Shown: positions 37,425 through 47,011 of the stretch, piece after piece | How the letters are laid out: every line of letters starts with the position of its first letter | Numbering within the stretch: the first letter of the stretch is position 1 | Origin: an uncultured Eubacteriales bacterium | GTDB lineage: Bacteria > Bacillota > Clostridia > Christensenellales > QAND01 | DNA: 64,000 nt | Assembly (NCBI GenBank): GCA_959600905.1 | Contig: CAUGNO010000003.1 | Coordinates: forward strand, 113,136-177,135 | Direction: 5' to 3' | The notes under the pieces: model-generated | Told to the model about the DNA's origin: nothing | Database searches by the model: none | The model's input: only the letters and a program-made list of their open reading frames with translations | Program-made: the position numbers and the translations under genes

Positions 37425-38195
37425 ATGTTTGTCATGGGATATGGGGGACTGCGCCCCAGCGAATACCGGCGCAGACAAAAAAGGCGTAGGCAGCGGTCTG
37501 CCTTTATCCTAGTTCTTATTTTATGTGTTTTGTTCTTTTTCTTGGGACGCTGCTCTTCCTCTTCGGTATGCTTGGATGTAGTGGATCCCAGCAGCGCTCC
37601 GAGCGCCTCGCCGATAAGCAACGGCTCTGCCAACGGCAATGAGCTTTTGACGCTGGTAAACAGCAAGCACCCCCTTCCTTCCGGATGGAAAGTGAGCCTG
37701 GTACAGCTTAAAAATGGGCAATCCATCGACCGCAGAGCATATGCCGCGCTGCAAGATATGATGGATGATGCCCGCCGCGCCGGGCTTTCTCCTCTGATAT
37801 GCTCATCCTATCGCACCCGTGCAAAGCAAGAAGAGCTGCATAAAAATCAGGTGCAAAAATTTCTGTCCGAAGGATATTCGCAATCCATGGCAGAGCAAAA
37901 GGCCTCCCAGTGGGTAGCCCCGCCCGGTACCAGCGAGCATGAGCTCGGGCTTGCCGTGGACATTGTGGCAACGGATCATCAGCTTTTGGACGAAACACAA
38001 GAGCATACACCAGAGCAGAAATGGCTGATGGAAAACTGCTGGAAATATGGGTTCATCCTGCGCTACCCTACCAGCAAAAGCAGCATCACCGGCATCGGAT
38101 ACGAGCCTTGGCATTATCGCTATGTCGGCAAAGACGCTGCCAAGCAGATTATGGAACAGGGCATCTGCCTGGAGGAATACTTAAACCAAGTTTAA
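37425..38195 (+). CDS. D-alanyl-D-alanine carboxypeptidase, VanY/M15B family
   Basis: Membrane anchor plus M15B motifs (SSYRTRAKQEEL, PGTSEHELGLAVDI, GYEPWHYRYVG). Start ambiguous (37413-37434). Confidence 0.75.
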   Translation: MFVMGYGGLRPSEYRRRQKRRRQRSAFILVLILCVLFFFLGRCSSSSVCLDVVDPSSAPSASPISNGSANGNELLTLVNSKHPLPSGWKVSLVQLKNGQSIDRRAYAALQDMMDDARRAGLSPLICSSYRTRAKQEELHKNQVQKFLSEGYSQSMAEQKASQWVAPPGTSEHELGLAVDIVATDHQLLDETQEHTPEQKWLMENCWKYGFILRYPTSKSSITGIGYEPWHYRYVGKDAAKQIMEQGICLEEYLNQV

Positions 38196-38236
38196 TACCG
38201 GCCATTCTCTACCCCTATTCATCATAGGCCGGTATT

Positions 38237-38267
38237 GAAAAAACCGCTGGAACAATCCAGCGGTTTT
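38237..38267. terminator. bidirectional terminator (ccgctgga-acaa-tccagcgg) between the convergent vanY-like and DUF4339 genes
   Basis: aaaaaaccgctggaacaatccagcggttttt. Confidence 0.8.
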
Positions 38268-38273
38268 TGATCC

Positions 38274-38672
38274 TTATCTAAAAATCGTATGCGTCTGTGT
38301 GCCCCGTCTAAGACTCAGCCCCAAGCTGCCAAAGCTCAGGCCTGCACCCAAAAGAACAAACCCCCACAACGCACTCCAAAAGGCCAGTGGAAGGCCAATA
38401 CACCCAACCGCTACACCGCCGATTAACAGCGGCCGCGCTTGACGCGGTACCGGTTGGCTCTCCGATAAGCTGATCTGCTTTTCAAAACCGGTTTCTCCAA
38501 TGGCATACCAATCATCGGTTTGCTGTTTTGCAATCTTACTGCTTCTGGAGACCCGGCCCTCCTCAATCAGGCGAGACATTTTTTCTTGGCTTACCGGCCC
38601 TTTTACTTTCCCATTTTCAATATACAGCCACATTGGCTTTGTTCGAGTCAGGTGCTTGGCAAATGGTTTCAA
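38274..38672 (-). CDS. DUF4339 (GYF-like) domain protein with C-terminal TM helices
   Basis: WLYIENGKVKGPVSQEKMSRLIEEGRVSRSSKIAKQQTDDWYAIGE matches DUF4339. TTG start with an AAGGAGGG RBS. Confidence 0.5.
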   Translation of the reverse strand: MKPFAKHLTRTKPMWLYIENGKVKGPVSQEKMSRLIEEGRVSRSSKIAKQQTDDWYAIGETGFEKQISLSESQPVPRQARPLLIGGVAVGCIGLPLAFWSALWGFVLLGAGLSFGSLGLSLRRGTQTHTIFR

Positions 38673-39238
38673 TTTATACCCTCCTTTTGCCGTTACAAGC
38701 TTGGGAACAATTATGTTCCTTTCTTTGTATAGTATAGCATAGAAACTCCAGAAATCAATATGCCTGATGCAAAGCCTTGTAGATTATCGAAAATCCCAGT
38801 AGCAAACATCCTATTTTTGCGTGCTCGTTCAAAAGTGTCTAGATTTATTTGCGCCATATGCGCTGTTACCTTGCCCATCTTTATATGAGCCCAAAGCGTT
38901 TTTTATGCGCAGCCTATACGCAGCAATCGAAAAACCACCCCGCCTGTTGTCAATGCCATGGCCATCGTAGCAGCCGCCGGCAAAAAATATCCATATAAGC
39001 GCTAGGAAAGTTTGCACTGCTATGTCGGGTACCCGCTGAGAATATGCTTTTCTGCATAGAGGCTTCTGCTTTCCATATTCTTTTCCTCGTTACAACCTTT
39101 CTAAAGCGGTAAAAGCAAACGCTGCTCTTAAATTGGGTAAGCATTATGTGCAATTGCATGAAAAATAAAAAAACAGCGCCAATGGCACTGTTTTGCAAAT
39201 CTTTGTTTTTTAGCGGGCAGGGTATGGCCCATTGGCCG

Positions 39239-39889
39239 TCATTGCCATGTTCCATCCAGGGCAATGGTTTCCACTCGATAAGGGATCTGTTTACCGGAGT
39301 CTGCAAGCGCCTGTTGAATGATACGATCCATCCCACCGCAGCACGGCACCTCCATTCGAACCAGCGTAATATCCTTAATGTCGTTTTGCTGAAAAATTGT
39401 GCACAGCTTTTCTTCGTACGGTGCATCATCCAGCTTTGGGCATCCGATCAGCGTGATTCGTCCTTGCATAAAGGCCGTGTGAAATTCATGATAGGCATAG
39501 GCTGTACAATCTGCAGCAATGAGCAAGCGTGCCCCCTGATAATACGGCGCCTGGATGGGGGCCAGCTGAATCTGTACCGGCCACTGCATCAAAGCGCTGC
39601 CTGACGCCGGGTTTGTAATCGCTTGGCTCTGTGCGCCGGCACAGCTGCTTTGCTTGCCCATTCTCCGTTCCACAGCCGCCTGATCGTAAGCCTCCGCCTC
39701 CCTGACCTCAAAGGAGATCGCCCCTGTAGGGCAAGCCGGCAGACAATCCCCCAGGCCATCACAATAGTCATCTCGCATCAAGGCGGCCTTTCCGCCTATC
39801 ATAGCGATTGCGCCTTCATGGCATGCCTTTGCGCATAGCCCGCAACCATTGCATTTTTCTGTATCAATCTTAATGATCCTTCGTCTCAT
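39239..39889 (-). CDS. 4Fe-4S ferredoxin-domain protein
   Basis: Two CxxCxxCxxxCP motifs (CNGCGLCAKACHEG; CDGLGDCLPACPTG) plus additional C-terminal Cys (CPKL, VPCCGG). Start at the ATG 39889 with an AAGGAGGAAA RBS. Confidence 0.7.
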   Translation of the reverse strand: MRRRIIKIDTEKCNGCGLCAKACHEGAIAMIGGKAALMRDDYCDGLGDCLPACPTGAISFEVREAEAYDQAAVERRMGKQSSCAGAQSQAITNPASGSALMQWPVQIQLAPIQAPYYQGARLLIAADCTAYAYHEFHTAFMQGRITLIGCPKLDDAPYEEKLCTIFQQNDIKDITLVRMEVPCCGGMDRIIQQALADSGKQIPYRVETIALDGTWQ

Positions 39890-39982
39890 CACTATTTCCT
39901 CCTTATTTTGCTTTTTCATCACGGATATCGTACAATACAGACAAAGGATTTTCTGTTGTTTATACAACGAAAGAAGGGGAAA

Positions 39983-40657
39983 ATGAAAAAAATAACCGCT
40001 GCGCTTTGCGATATGCCCTTATTTAAGGGGCTCTCTGAGCCTCAGATCCAACAGGCATTGGAAAGTTTCCATGCCTATACTCGTTGTTATGATAAGGGTA
40101 CTTATCTGCTCTCTTGCGGCCAAACACCGCAATTTGGCCTTGTGATTGCCGGAGAAGTACACATCATCAAGGAGGATTTTTGGGGGCACCGCAGCCTATT
40201 GGCACAGCTAGGCCCTGGCGCGTTGTTTGGGGAATCCTTTTCCCTAAGCGCAACGCCTTCTCTTCCCGTCTCCGTTTTGGCCGGCACCCAGGTTGAAGCG
40301 CTGTTTTTTCGTCCCGATCTTTTTTTCCAACCATCCGTGGTCTCTGCCTGTTCCATTTCGCTGGTAACAAATCTGCTGCGCATCCTTGCAGAAAAAAATC
40401 AGCTGCTGACGCAGAAAATCGAGCATATCTCCAAACGCAGTCTGCGTGCAAAGCTGCTTTCCTATCTTTCCGAGCAAGCGCAGCTGGCGCATAACAACGC
40501 GTTTACCATTCCGCTGAACCGGCAACAGCTGGCGGACTATTTGTGTGTGGATCGAAGCGCACTTTCCTCCGAGCTTAGCAAAATGCGCCAAGAAGGGCTC
40601 CTACTATTTTGGAAAAACCATTTTACACTGTTGGGTTCGGAAGTTCCTACAGCCTGA
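39983..40657 (+). CDS. Crp/Fnr family transcriptional regulator
   Basis: cNMP-binding fold (LFKGLSEPQI...FGE) and C-terminal HTH (RQQLADYLCVDRSALSSELSKM). Divergent from the ferredoxin gene. Confidence 0.8.
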   Translation: MKKITAALCDMPLFKGLSEPQIQQALESFHAYTRCYDKGTYLLSCGQTPQFGLVIAGEVHIIKEDFWGHRSLLAQLGPGALFGESFSLSATPSLPVSVLAGTQVEALFFRPDLFFQPSVVSACSISLVTNLLRILAEKNQLLTQKIEHISKRSLRAKLLSYLSEQAQLAHNNAFTIPLNRQQLADYLCVDRSALSSELSKMRQEGLLLFWKNHFTLLGSEVPTA

Positions 40658-40734
40658 CCCTTTGACAAAGATGTTGGGAAGGCACATAAAGTATGCTAGA
40701 ATGAAAGGGATCAACATAAAAAGGAGCATTGAAT

Positions 40735-41709
40735 ATGAATGCAAAAACCAGGGCTTTGAACGCCATGGAGGGGCTGTCGGTAGACCGGGTCCCCGTGATG
40801 CTTTATCGTCATTTTCCCGAACAGGATGCGGATAACTCCGTAGGCGCCTATATAAAGTGGGCCCGCGAGAGCAAGGTGGATATGCTGCTCTTGCAATGCG
40901 ATGGCAATGACGGCTGCCCCATCGAAAATGTCACAGGCACCATCGAAGATTTCAAGCATCTTCATCCCATCAAGCGCACGCATCCCTTCATTGCCCAGCA
41001 GGTTGACCGTGCCAAGCGGGTCTCGGAGGCGCTTTCCGATGAGGTCGCTGTTTTCGGTCTTCTGTATACTGCGTTTAACAACGTGCGTAAATCCATGCGG
41101 TTGGATTTCAACGGCATGGATATGCTGTCGGCTTGGCGCAACCATCGGCAAATCGTGGAGGATGCCATTGCATTTGCTCGTGACTGCAACGATATGCTGT
41201 TGGATGCCTACAAAGAGGAAACGGCCCTGGATGGCGTCATGCTTTCTTTCCGCCGCAACCATAAGACGTTTCAGTTTGACGAGGAAGAGTTCCGTAGGGA
41301 AATGCTGCCTCTGGATCGCCAGCTTTTGCAGCATGCCAACGAAAATTTTGCCCATAATATCATGCACATCTGTGGGGATCTCGGGGAAAACGACCTTACG
41401 CTATGGAACGATCTCCCGTATCAGACTGTAAACTGGGATATGCACGTGGAAAAAATAGATACATTTGAAAAAGCCCGCGCCTTCTTCAAGCCAGGCACCA
41501 CGCTGATGGGTGGTTTTGATCATCACCTAGGCACCCTTCTCTATACCGGCAGCAAAGAGGAGATTCAGCGCCAGACCAAAGCTTTCCTTGAAAGCGCCGG
41601 CCAGCAAAATCTCATTCTCAGCTCGGATTGCAGCATTCATTATTCTTTGCCCAGCGAACATATTCATTGGGTCATCGAGGCTTGTGAGAGCTACGCTGCA
41701 GCACGCTGA
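40735..41709 (+). CDS. uroporphyrinogen decarboxylase (URO-D) family protein, possibly a methyltransferase-type member
   Basis: URO-D/MtaA-like TIM barrel (MEGLSVDRVPVM..., HICGD). No hem genes nearby. Confidence 0.55.
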   Translation: MNAKTRALNAMEGLSVDRVPVMLYRHFPEQDADNSVGAYIKWARESKVDMLLLQCDGNDGCPIENVTGTIEDFKHLHPIKRTHPFIAQQVDRAKRVSEALSDEVAVFGLLYTAFNNVRKSMRLDFNGMDMLSAWRNHRQIVEDAIAFARDCNDMLLDAYKEETALDGVMLSFRRNHKTFQFDEEEFRREMLPLDRQLLQHANENFAHNIMHICGDLGENDLTLWNDLPYQTVNWDMHVEKIDTFEKARAFFKPGTTLMGGFDHHLGTLLYTGSKEEIQRQTKAFLESAGQQNLILSSDCSIHYSLPSEHIHWVIEACESYAAAR

Positions 41710-41716
41710 TTCCAAA

Positions 41717-41758
41717 TAAAAAAAGCCTTGTAGACGATGATGCCTGCAAGGCTTTTTT
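41717..41758. terminator. bidirectional terminator between the URO-D family gene (+) and the gerQ-like gene (-)
   Basis: aaaaaaagccttg...caaggcttttttg. Confidence 0.6.
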
Positions 41759-41765
41759 GTCGTAT

Positions 41766-42140
41766 TCAGCGCCGCTGTCCTGGGTAGGAAGCATTGCGGT
41801 ATGCATTGGTCTGAAAATTTCTTTGGCCAAAATTCTCCGGCCGGGTCCGTGAGTTATAGACCGTAACAAACTTGACCGAGTATACGTCACAAATCATAAA
41901 CGGGCCATTCGGTCCTTCCTGCAGGGTCATAAAATTATTGCCTACTGCGTACAAAATGCCGGAACGCTCTACCAGATTGTTGCTGCCGATGAGAAATTCA
42001 GCCGTCACAAAATAGCCGATGCTCTTGGCCAATACCTCTGAAAATGATTCGGCATAAAACTCAGAGGTCGTGTTGGCCTGTTGTCCCTCATAACCTGGAT
42101 TCTTCATTAAATCATCCAAAATCTGCGGATCTACCTCCAT
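41766..42140 (-). CDS. GerQ-like spore coat protein (CwlJ partner)
   Basis: 124 aa. Central segment FSEVLAKSIGYFVTAEFLIGSNNLVERSGILYAVGNNFMTLQ resembles the GerQ/YwdL domain. Lies immediately downstream of the cwlJ-like gene, as in Bacillus. Confidence 0.45.
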   Translation of the reverse strand: MEVDPQILDDLMKNPGYEGQQANTTSEFYAESFSEVLAKSIGYFVTAEFLIGSNNLVERSGILYAVGNNFMTLQEGPNGPFMICDVYSVKFVTVYNSRTRPENFGQRNFQTNAYRNASYPGQRR

Positions 42141-42163
42141 GGCAACTCTCTCCTTTCTCTCTT

Positions 42164-42604
42164 CTATGTCTCATTGTATGCTTCTGTGGGGTTATAGAAG
42201 CAGTGGTCTCCGATTCTTGTGACAAAATACCCCACCTTGCTGGGGAAGTTTTCCTTGCAGGTAGGGCTGTATGGGTTGAAAAACCACAGGGCCTGCCCCA
42301 GATTCAGCAGCCGGTTGCCCGCAATGGCCCAGTCCGCAATATCATAATGAATTTGTTCTGGGCGCATATTGTATATGTTTTGCGGGTTATACCGCCCACG
42401 TTCTGTTTCAGAGGCGCATACAAACTGTCCCGGCTGAAAGATGATATTGCGGAGGCTGCCCTGGCCTACGCGTGCATACTCTCCCGTAGTTGCATTGACA
42501 CGGTTCATCACAACGCTGGCCACCGCCCTCATTCCGTTGTCTCCTTCTCCTCCGGCTTCACACTGGATCAAGCGCGCAAATAATTCCCTATCCGTAAACG
42601 GCAT
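42164..42604 (-). CDS. cwlJ: cell wall hydrolase CwlJ/SleB family (hydrolase_2 domain only)
   Basis: DRELFARLIQCEAGGEGDNGMRAVASVVMNRV... conserved hydrolase_2 signature. No PG-binding domain. Confidence 0.75.
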   Translation of the reverse strand: MPFTDRELFARLIQCEAGGEGDNGMRAVASVVMNRVNATTGEYARVGQGSLRNIIFQPGQFVCASETERGRYNPQNIYNMRPEQIHYDIADWAIAGNRLLNLGQALWFFNPYSPTCKENFPSKVGYFVTRIGDHCFYNPTEAYNET

Positions 42605-42766
42605 GTTTTTTCCCCTCTCCCTTGCACCTTATGAACCAAAGCAGCATTTTATGCATCCCTTTCTTTCCCGATCCTATGCCTGTTCTTCCTTCTATCCGGA
42701 AAAGGTTGATAAACCGATAATTTTGCGAGTATAATGGAACAAATCATATGAAGGAGCGGAAAAGCA

Positions 42767-44143
42767 TTGTCTAGCTCATTTACACTGAAAAAAGGACAAC
42801 ACCTGCATTTCATCGGCATTGGCGGTTGCAGCATGAACGGTCTGGCGATGATCATGCATCATCAGGGATATACCGTAACCGGTTCGGATCGCGTTGCGTC
42901 CGCGTTTACCGATCATCTGGAAAGTCTTGGCATCAAGGTATATATCGGCCATGAAGCCAGCCAAATTGAAGGGGCGGACGCCATTGTATACAGCGCTGCC
43001 ATCAAGCCAACCAACCCGGAAATGGCCGCTGCCTTGGCAAAGGGCATGCCTACCATAGAGCGTTCTGTTTTGCTCGGTATGATCTCCGGCCACTTTGAAG
43101 AGGTTGTCGGCATTGCCGGCTGCCACGGCAAAACCACCATCACCTCCATGCTGGGCTTGGTTTTATTAAAAGCACAAAAGGATCCTACCATCCATGTAGG
43201 GGGAGAGGTAGAGTTTTTAACAGGCGGTACGCGCGTAGGGCATAGCGCATTGTTTGTTACCGAAGCATGCGAATATGTTCGCAGCTTTCTTACACTGCAT
43301 CCGACCATCGAAGTCATCAACAACATTGATGACGATCATTTAGACTGTTATAAGGATATAGACGAGATTGCTTCTGTGTTCGATGAGTTTATTCATCTTA
43401 TGCCAAAAACCGGCGTGTTTGTTGCCAATATTGAGGACTGGCGCGTAGCTGAGTTGGTAAAGGCCTGTCCAGTGCGCACCGTGACCTATGCCTTGGACGA
43501 AAAGGCGGATTATCAAGCACAGCATATCGAGTATGACGATTATGGTCATCCTTGCTTTACGGTGTTGGATCACGGGAAGCCAGTGCAGAAGATCCAGTTG
43601 GGCGTGCCTGGCCGGCATAACGTACAAAATGCACTGGCCGCCATCGCGGTCGCGCGCCAGCTGGGCGTACCATACGATTGCATTGCCGATGCACTGGCCG
43701 AATACCGGCTGGTAGCGCGCAGGTTCGAGTTCTTTGGCGAAAAGGATGGCGTAAAGCTGTTTCACGATTACGCCCATCATCCCAGTGAGATCCGCGCCTG
43801 TTTACAGGCAGCCAAGCAGATGCCACACAAAAAGCTTTGGTGCATTTTCCAGTGCAATTCCTATACGCGGGCAAAAACTTTAATGGAAAAATACGGAAAA
43901 TGCTTTGAGGACGCCGATGAGGTTCTAGTGCCGGATATCTATCCGGGGCGGGATATTGATACCGGCATTGTACATGCCAGGGATCTCGTAGCAGAAATTG
44001 CAAAAAACGGTACAAAGGTAGAATACCTGCCTACCTTTGAAGAGATTCGGGACTATCTGCATGCGCATTGGCAGTCCGGCGATCTTGTCGTTGCCGTAGG
44101 GTCTGGTGACGTATTCAAAAAGGTACGCATTGTATTGGAATAA
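42767..44143 (+). CDS. murC: UDP-N-acetylmuramate--L-alanine ligase
   Basis: HFIGIGGCSMNGLA, GSDR, GIAGCHGKTTITSM P-loop. 458 aa. TTGATA-N17-TATAAT promoter upstream. Confidence 0.9.
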   Translation: MSSSFTLKKGQHLHFIGIGGCSMNGLAMIMHHQGYTVTGSDRVASAFTDHLESLGIKVYIGHEASQIEGADAIVYSAAIKPTNPEMAAALAKGMPTIERSVLLGMISGHFEEVVGIAGCHGKTTITSMLGLVLLKAQKDPTIHVGGEVEFLTGGTRVGHSALFVTEACEYVRSFLTLHPTIEVINNIDDDHLDCYKDIDEIASVFDEFIHLMPKTGVFVANIEDWRVAELVKACPVRTVTYALDEKADYQAQHIEYDDYGHPCFTVLDHGKPVQKIQLGVPGRHNVQNALAAIAVARQLGVPYDCIADALAEYRLVARRFEFFGEKDGVKLFHDYAHHPSEIRACLQAAKQMPHKKLWCIFQCNSYTRAKTLMEKYGKCFEDADEVLVPDIYPGRDIDTGIVHARDLVAEIAKNGTKVEYLPTFEEIRDYLHAHWQSGDLVVAVGSGDVFKKVRIVLE

Positions 44144-44172
44144 AAAAAGCAGCTACGGCTGCTTTTTTTATT
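44144..44172 (+). terminator. rho-independent terminator after murC
   Basis: aaaaaagcagctacggctgcttttttt. Confidence 0.8.
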
Positions 44173-44284
44173 GGGGATCATGCATGTTTAGCTCGTTTTT
44201 TCTTGATTTTTAAGTATAGGACTTGTTTCATTAGACAAAATAAGGTATGTTCAGAAGAGACTTACTATAAAGGAGGATCTAGCC

Positions 44285-45423
44285 ATGAATGCGCGTGATG
44301 TACGCAAAATCGCAAGCTGTGCACTGTATGTAGGCGTTCTTTTGATCCTATTTGTTTTTTTTTAGATAATTTCTCTAGCGTTCTTGCCTTTATCGGCAAG
44401 GTGTTCAATGTTCTATTTCCCTTTGTCTTAGCATTTGTTATGGCCTATCTGTTAAATCGGCCAATGATGTTTTTTGAAAAGCTCCTCTCCAAAACCAAGC
44501 TGCCCAAAAAGGTAGTTCGTGCGCTTTCCGTTGCCATCGTGTATGTGCTGGTCATCGGCGTTTTGGTATTTTTAATCATTTCCATCGTGCCGCAACTCAT
44601 TGAAAGCATTACCACGGTGATAGACCGCTTTCCGCAGTACGTCGGCGGCATCAATGAAACGCTGAACTCCGTGCTGTCTCATTGGAATATCACCCCGGAT
44701 AAGATTACGGAAATCGCCAGTAGCTTAACCGAGCTGGGTGAAAAGGTTTTGGAATCTTTCGGGTTGATCTCCATTTCTCTAGCCTCCGTTATGCAGAATA
44801 TTACCAACAGCGCCATCAATTTTTTACTGGCATTGTTGTTGTCCGTGTATGTTTTATATGGGAAAGAAAATTTCGTGCGGCAGTCCAAAAAAATCCTGTA
44901 TTGGATTCTGCCAGAATCTAAAGGGGATCTAACGCTGCTGATTCTGCATAACGCCAACACAATGTTTTCCATGTTTATCAATAGTAAGCTGTTTACCTCT
45001 CTGCTGGTAGCTGTGGTCATCTTTGTGGTGTGTTCTATTTTTGGCGTTCCCTATGCGTTGCTGCTATGCCTGATCATGGGCATCTTTAACCTCATACCGT
45101 TTTTTGGGCCGATTGTGGGCGGCATCATTTGTTTGCTGCTTCTCTTGGTCTTTAGTCCCGGGCATTTCTTGTTGTTCCTCATTACCGTATTCATCGTGCA
45201 GGCGGTGGAGGGCAACCTGCTGATCCCTTGGCTATGCGGCAACAAGATGGGCCTATCCGCATTTTGGGTCATGTTCGGCATCCTGGTCGGCGGCGGGTTC
45301 TTCGGCGTTGTAGGCATGTTCCTGGGCGTTCCGTTGATGGCCGTATTGTATTCGCTGTTTTCCTTTATTGTAGAGATTGGCTTGGAAAACAAACGAGTCA
45401 GCCCAGACAAAATGGACGATTGA
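44285..45423 (+). pseudogene. AI-2E family transporter (PerM/UPF0118), interrupted by a frameshift in a T9 homopolymer
   Basis: ATG with a strong AAAGGAGGA RBS encodes MNARDVRKIASCALYVGVLLILFVFF, then TAG inside gtttttttttag. The remaining 340 aa of the transporter (ORF 44401-45423) are in the -1 frame. One extra T restores a continuous, canonical AI-2E N-terminus. Confidence 0.65.
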
Positions 45424-45444
45424 GCCAAACATTTTATCTATGAA

Positions 45445-45470
45445 CAGCACGCTATATAGCGTGCTGTTTT
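45445..45470 (+). terminator. terminator after the AI-2E gene (cagcacgct-atat-agcgtgctg plus TTTT)
   Basis: Perfect 9-bp stem plus T-run. Confidence 0.8.
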
Positions 45471-45627
45471 GATTTCTTCGGTTTTTTCTCTTTTTCATTT
45501 CAAAACTCTGTACTTTTATGGTATGATACTTTTATTCAAAAGCCGGTATGCAAACGCTGGGCCATTTGGTCTTTCTTGTTTGCTTTCCTCATATAGAATC
45601 CCATCGGAAAATCTTTAGGAGGCATCT

Positions 45628-46959
45628 ATGGCAAAGTATACCAAAGAACAGGTCATGCAAATGGTACGTGAAAATAACGTGCGTTTTATCCGTTTGCAGT
45701 TTACAGACATCTTGGGTTCGCTGAAAAACGTGGCGATCACCGATAAGCAGCTGGAAAAAGCGTTGAAAAACGATTGTATGTTTGACGGCTCCTCCATCGA
45801 GGGCTTTGTGCGCATTGAGGAATCGGATATGCGTTTGTATCCGGATCTGGATTCCTTTGTCATCTATCCCTGGACGCCGAAAGAACACCGCATTGCGCGT
45901 TTGATCTGCAATGTGTACCGTCCGGACCATACCCCGTTTGAAGGGGATCCGCGCAATGTTTTGATCCGCGCGTTGGACCATGCCGCCAGAATGGGGTATT
46001 CTTTCAATGTAGGCCCAGAGCTGGAATTTTTCCTCTTCCATACCAGGGAGGACGGCTCTCCTACGACGCATACACACGATGCAGCTGGTTATTTTGACCT
46101 CGGTCCTGTGGATATGGGAGAGGAGGCCCGTATTGCCATCTGTTTGGCCTTGGAGGAAATGGGCTTTGAGATCGAAGCTTCGCACCACGAATGCGCGCCC
46201 GGCCAGCATGAGATTGATTTCAAATATGCTGAAGCCTTGACCGCTGCCGACGACATTGTCACCTTTAAGCTGGCAGTGAAAACCATCGCGCAAAAGCATA
46301 AGCTGCATGCTACCTTTATGCCCAAGCCGTTGTTTGGCGTGGCCGGCAATGGCATGCACACCAATATGTCTCTTTTCAAAGATGGTAAAAATGCCTTCTA
46401 TGATCCGGATAAGCAGTTCGGTCTTTCTACCGAAGCGCTGCAATTCATCGCAGGCGTGTTGGATCATGCCAAGGGCATCACGGCCATTGCCAATCCCTTG
46501 GTCAATTCCTATAAACGTCTGGTGCCCGGCTATGAAGCGCCGGTATACATCGCCTGGTCCGCGCGCAACCGTAGCCCGCTGATCCGCGTACCGGCGGCGC
46601 GCGGCAATTCCACCCGCGTGGAGCTTCGTTCTCCTGATCCGTCCTGCAATCCGTATCTGCTGCTGGCGCTGGTGCTTCGCGCCGGTCTGGACGGAATCGA
46701 ACGCGGCTTGATGCCTCCTCTGCCCGTAGATGGCAATATTTACCATATGAGCGAAGAAGAGCGCATTGAGAAAAAAGTGGGCAACCTACCGGGTACTTTG
46801 GATGAAGCTATCCAGGATATGGTGAACGACCCGCTGATGCGCGAAGCCCTGGGCGATCATGTTTTCAATAAGTATGTAACGGCCAAGCGCTTGGAATTTG
46901 ATAAATACCGTGTACAGGTTCATCAATGGGAAGTAGATCGCTATCTGACCCAATATTGA
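45628..46959 (+). CDS. glnA: glutamine synthetase, type I
   Basis: 443 aa. GS beta-grasp and catalytic motifs ([12 protein letters not shown], adenylylation-region-less type as in Firmicutes). Confidence 0.9.
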   Translation: MAKYTKEQVMQMVRENNVRFIRLQFTDILGSLKNVAITDKQLEKALKNDCMFDGSSIEGFVRIEESDMRLYPDLDSFVIYPWTPKEHRIARLICNVYRPDHTPFEGDPRNVLIRALDHAARMGYSFNVGPELEFFLFHTREDGSPTTHTHDAAGYFDLGPVDMGEEARIAICLALEEMGFEIEASHHECAPGQHEIDFKYAEALTAADDIVTFKLAVKTIAQKHKLHATFMPKPLFGVAGNGMHTNMSLFKDGKNAFYDPDKQFGLSTEALQFIAGVLDHAKGITAIANPLVNSYKRLVPGYEAPVYIAWSARNRSPLIRVPAARGNSTRVELRSPDPSCNPYLLLALVLRAGLDGIERGLMPPLPVDGNIYHMSEEERIEKKVGNLPGTLDEAIQDMVNDPLMREALGDHVFNKYVTAKRLEFDKYRVQVHQWEVDRYLTQY

Positions 46960-46961
46960 GC

Positions 46962-46995
46962 AAAAAAGGGAGAGCCGCTCTCCCTTTTACTTTTC
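46962..46995 (+). terminator. terminator after glnA
   Basis: aaaaaagggagagccgctctcccttttacttttc. Confidence 0.8.
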
Positions 46996-47011
46996 AAAGG
47001 AGTGAAGAATT

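Noticed and set aside
38900-39100. RNase P / 6S / tmRNA in the 500-bp gap (taggaaagtttgc resembles the GGAAAGUCC block of RNase P)
   Set aside because: There is only a single short partial match, and no P4 or other conserved RNase P elements. The region is too short for tmRNA and lacks a tag-peptide reading frame.
38950-39429. 159-aa minus-strand ORF
   Set aside because: Overlaps the ferredoxin gene out of frame. No RBS and an implausible composition.
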